A DNA stretch of 64,000 bases. Origin: Asterias rubens (lineage: Eukaryota). The notes under the pieces were generated by a model. The model did no database searches and was not told the DNA's origin. It saw nothing but the letters and a program-made list of their open reading frames with translations. Each line of letters begins with the position of its first letter. The first letter of the stretch is position 1. This document shows positions 61,093 to 64,000 of the stretch, in pieces. Both the position numbers and the translations under genes were made by a program. Location of the stretch: contig NC_047062.1 in NCBI RefSeq assembly GCF_902459465.1, positions 18,042,001-18,106,000 of the forward strand, read 5' to 3'.

Positions 61093-62531
61093 GGACCAGG
61101 TCATAGCTGTAGTAAAAGTTGTCTAGTCACGCAATACTCTACTGATTTGATCTGGTTTATTTGCTGTTTATTTGTTGTTTATGTTGTTTATCATCTATCT
61201 GTTGGCTGGTTCAGACTATCTTTAAAATGGACCCTTCATTTTAGCTGAATACAGCGAACTTCTGAGTAAGTTGTCATGGCTAATAAGTTATTGTTGTTTT
61301 GATCAACTGAGCTCTTCTCTGTTGTCTAAAATATTAAACCTGATAAGATTTATTTTCAAATACCACAGATTTTTCGGCCAATTGATTTAATTGGTTTTCC
61401 TGACTACTATTTTATTTCACAATTTTTTAATGGAGTTTTTTAAAAGCTTTACTGAAAAACAAAAACAGGAATTGCCCTGCGATTTGTTTTCCCACGCATC
61501 TTTCTCCGCATTTATCATTTTCCAGGTCATCATCGTCGTTTGCTCGCTCAGTCATTCTCTGGTTATTAAAAAGTGTGTACTGTAACAAGCTGATATTGTT
61601 CCCTCGGATGCTTACTGTCCTGGGGGACGGCACATTCCATTATACCACTTCCAAGATTCATTTAGAATTTGACCGCCTCTGGGTGGAAATTGCAGCCACA
61701 CTGGCTGATGAGAGGTGTGCTGCTGTATGGAAGCTATTTAAAGACAACATCATGAAAATACTCATGCACTTGTGTGAGGGATCCAGGACGTTTTTAAGGA
61801 TTGCAGGTTGTGTGTGATTTGTCTTGAATTGGAAACTGTCAAATTTCAACTTAAGTTAAAGTTAAAATTTGACTTTCTCTCAAAATTTACTTTAAGCTGT
61901 TACTGTAGGAAGGCCCAAATTTTATTTTATAGTTTTTTATTTTATAGAATTTTCTTCTTGAACAATTTTGACAGATGATGCTGCTTCAAAATGAAAAGCA
62001 GACAACATCTTTTGCATATATGAACAATGCACAAAATACTTTTAAATGTAAATTTGTTCAGAAAGGGCTGAATGGAGAGATCCTTAAAAAAAAATCATTT
62101 CAGATTTTAGTTAATTATGACATGAAAGTTTTGTTCATGCATTACCATAAATACCAAAAATAACCAAAAATAATAACCAATAGCTATTTAAAATTTAAAT
62201 TTAAATTTGTGGGTGAAATTTGCCAAAATGGGATCTAGTGTCTTTAGCTTTTCTCTGGATGGAGTTTCGATACTGCTTTTGTTATTCAATATAATTCACA
62301 CAGTTTGTGCACGCAAATTATAATCAAAATCAGTTAAATTGGTGATGAAACAAAACACATCGCTGATCGATAGAAACACCATTTGAGAAAAGGAAATTAT
62401 CCAAACTGTTAAAATTGAAATACAATGAATTACCAAGGAACAAATAACGTGCTGTGCATTATCCTGATCATGAAATTCTTCTGGAAGTTTTAATTTTTGA
62501 TGAGAATCCAGAACTGAATATATGAATAACC

Positions 62532-63037
62532 CATAGAGCTATATATATTGACTAGAGCGCTAACACCCCGTTATGCACGCACTAAGGTTTTGAAGCCGTG
62601 TGGGCACATCCATGTTTATGTACAAACCAATACAAAAGCTTGAAATTTTGTACGGCTATTGTACGGCTATTTGCATGATAGTGCGTTTGTTCTTTTCTAT
62701 GTGTCATCGAAGCAAAAAATGCAGCAAATGTGAACGCACAATCTGCTGATGAGCGTACAAAACTGCGAGCGCCATGTGCGTCATGTTTACAAGGCGCGTA
62801 TACTTTTTTTAGTACATCAATCAAGTCGAACATACGGTTTTCGTAGCGCGGACGTGCACGAATGGGCAGTCGCGTACGAAAGCGCACATGCCGAGTTAAA
62901 AACAAATAGCGGCAATGTGTGTTCTCTTAAAATTAAAATCGTTCCGTAGTCACGCAACACATCAAACATGTCTGCGCTCAGGGTGGCTTCAAAACGCGGA
63001 GCAAGTTAGCGCTCTAGTCAATATATATAGCTCTATG
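62532..63037. mobile_element. Young non-autonomous DNA transposon, P-element/hAT-like (8-bp TSD)
   Basis: Perfect 33-bp TIR CATAGAGCTATATATATTGACTAGAGCGCTAAC; GAATAACC duplicated at 62524-62531 and 63038-63045. Confidence 0.9.
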
Positions 63038-64000
63038 GAATAACCCAACTGAAGAATTTGTTTTTTAGACCGTCTATTTGTGGAACAGTATGGTCACTGA
63101 CTCTTTGCCTTTGGAATCGGTGATGGATCGATGAAATCCTTTCTAAATGTTGATGTATAAAATAAAACTGTAAAAATTTCATTTCAAAAGGTGTTCAGGT
63201 TTTTGAGATATTGCAAATAATCCCGAGTGTTATGTCCTTGCATGAAAATAATCTTTTATAGGAATTCACAATCTGAGAGACTTTATGGACAGTAATGCTT
63301 CTCTTATTCAAATTTTGGGGCATACAAACTGATATCTTTTTGCATAATCACATTACTTCAAAGTGAAATGTTCTCAAAATGCGGTATACTATTATACTAT
63401 AGGTTTCTAACCGAAAGTTTTTATTGCCATTAATTTTAAGAGCGATTACCAAACATACCAGGTTTAAGAACTGACTCCGCCGGTAGTACAGTTAATCACG
63501 ATCCTATAAGCTAAAGTAGTAGTCCCAGCCTATTATCTATACCATCCGCCCGGGTAATTGTTAAAAAAACAGAACTGAGAACCCCCGAACATCTACTCCG
63601 CGGTAGTAGAATAAAGCAAGACAGTTCTCTAAGAACAAACTCTACCTGGCAAGTACAGCAATGTAGATACACACATGGTGTTACCGCAAACCAAATATAT
63701 ATAACCAGATTACTTCAAAGTGTAAGGTTTCTCAATATGCGGTATAGTTTTGAAAGCTGCTGTAGGCTTCTGAACCAAAAGTTTTAAACGGCATTAATTT
63801 TAAGAGTGATAGGAGTGATGCCTTCCCTTTAACCAAACTCTGAGAACCATTAGCCCACTTCAAAGTAACATTAGCCTTTATCTGATGGAACCAAATCGTC
63901 AAATTGCAGACGAGCTTGCATTATTTACTAGAAAGACTGAAAGAAAAAATTCATTCACCAGCTGGTCACTCGCAAATCATTACCATACCCAGATCAAATT

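Overview
AT-rich animal (deuterostome invertebrate) genomic DNA. The repeat landscape resembles what I recall for sea stars (Asterias-like), but that is not verifiable here. No prokaryotic features, CRISPR arrays, rRNA or convincing true tRNA genes. There are two real host genes, both on the + strand. (1) A class A (rhodopsin-like) 7TM GPCR with an uninterrupted CDS (~20200-21429) that has lost two near-invariant family residues (N1.50, P6.50). (2) Aftiphilin (AFTPH): a probable 5'UTR exon at ~28.4-28.66 kb and six coding exons (29765-58742) whose splice phases all join in frame, including a probable GC-AG intron and a NAGNAG acceptor; the last exon(s) were not found in the window. The only other long ORF (40312-41841) is a young, 5'-truncated R4/Dong-clade non-LTR retrotransposon sitting in an (AAT)n tail. 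The rest is a dense mix of non-autonomous DNA transposons (Kolobok-like TTAA, Harbinger-like CWG/TAA, Mutator-like 9-bp TSD, P/hAT-like 8-bp TSD), an L2 LINE fragment, tRNA-derived SINEs and minisatellites. Most short ORFs in the supplied track are noise or antisense shadows. I see no clear-cut novel system. The best leads are the atypical orphan GPCR, an unexplained 159-codon minus-strand ORF that may splice to an exon in the CpG-rich region divergent from AFTPH, and a tandem repeat unit with an internal Pol III promoter.
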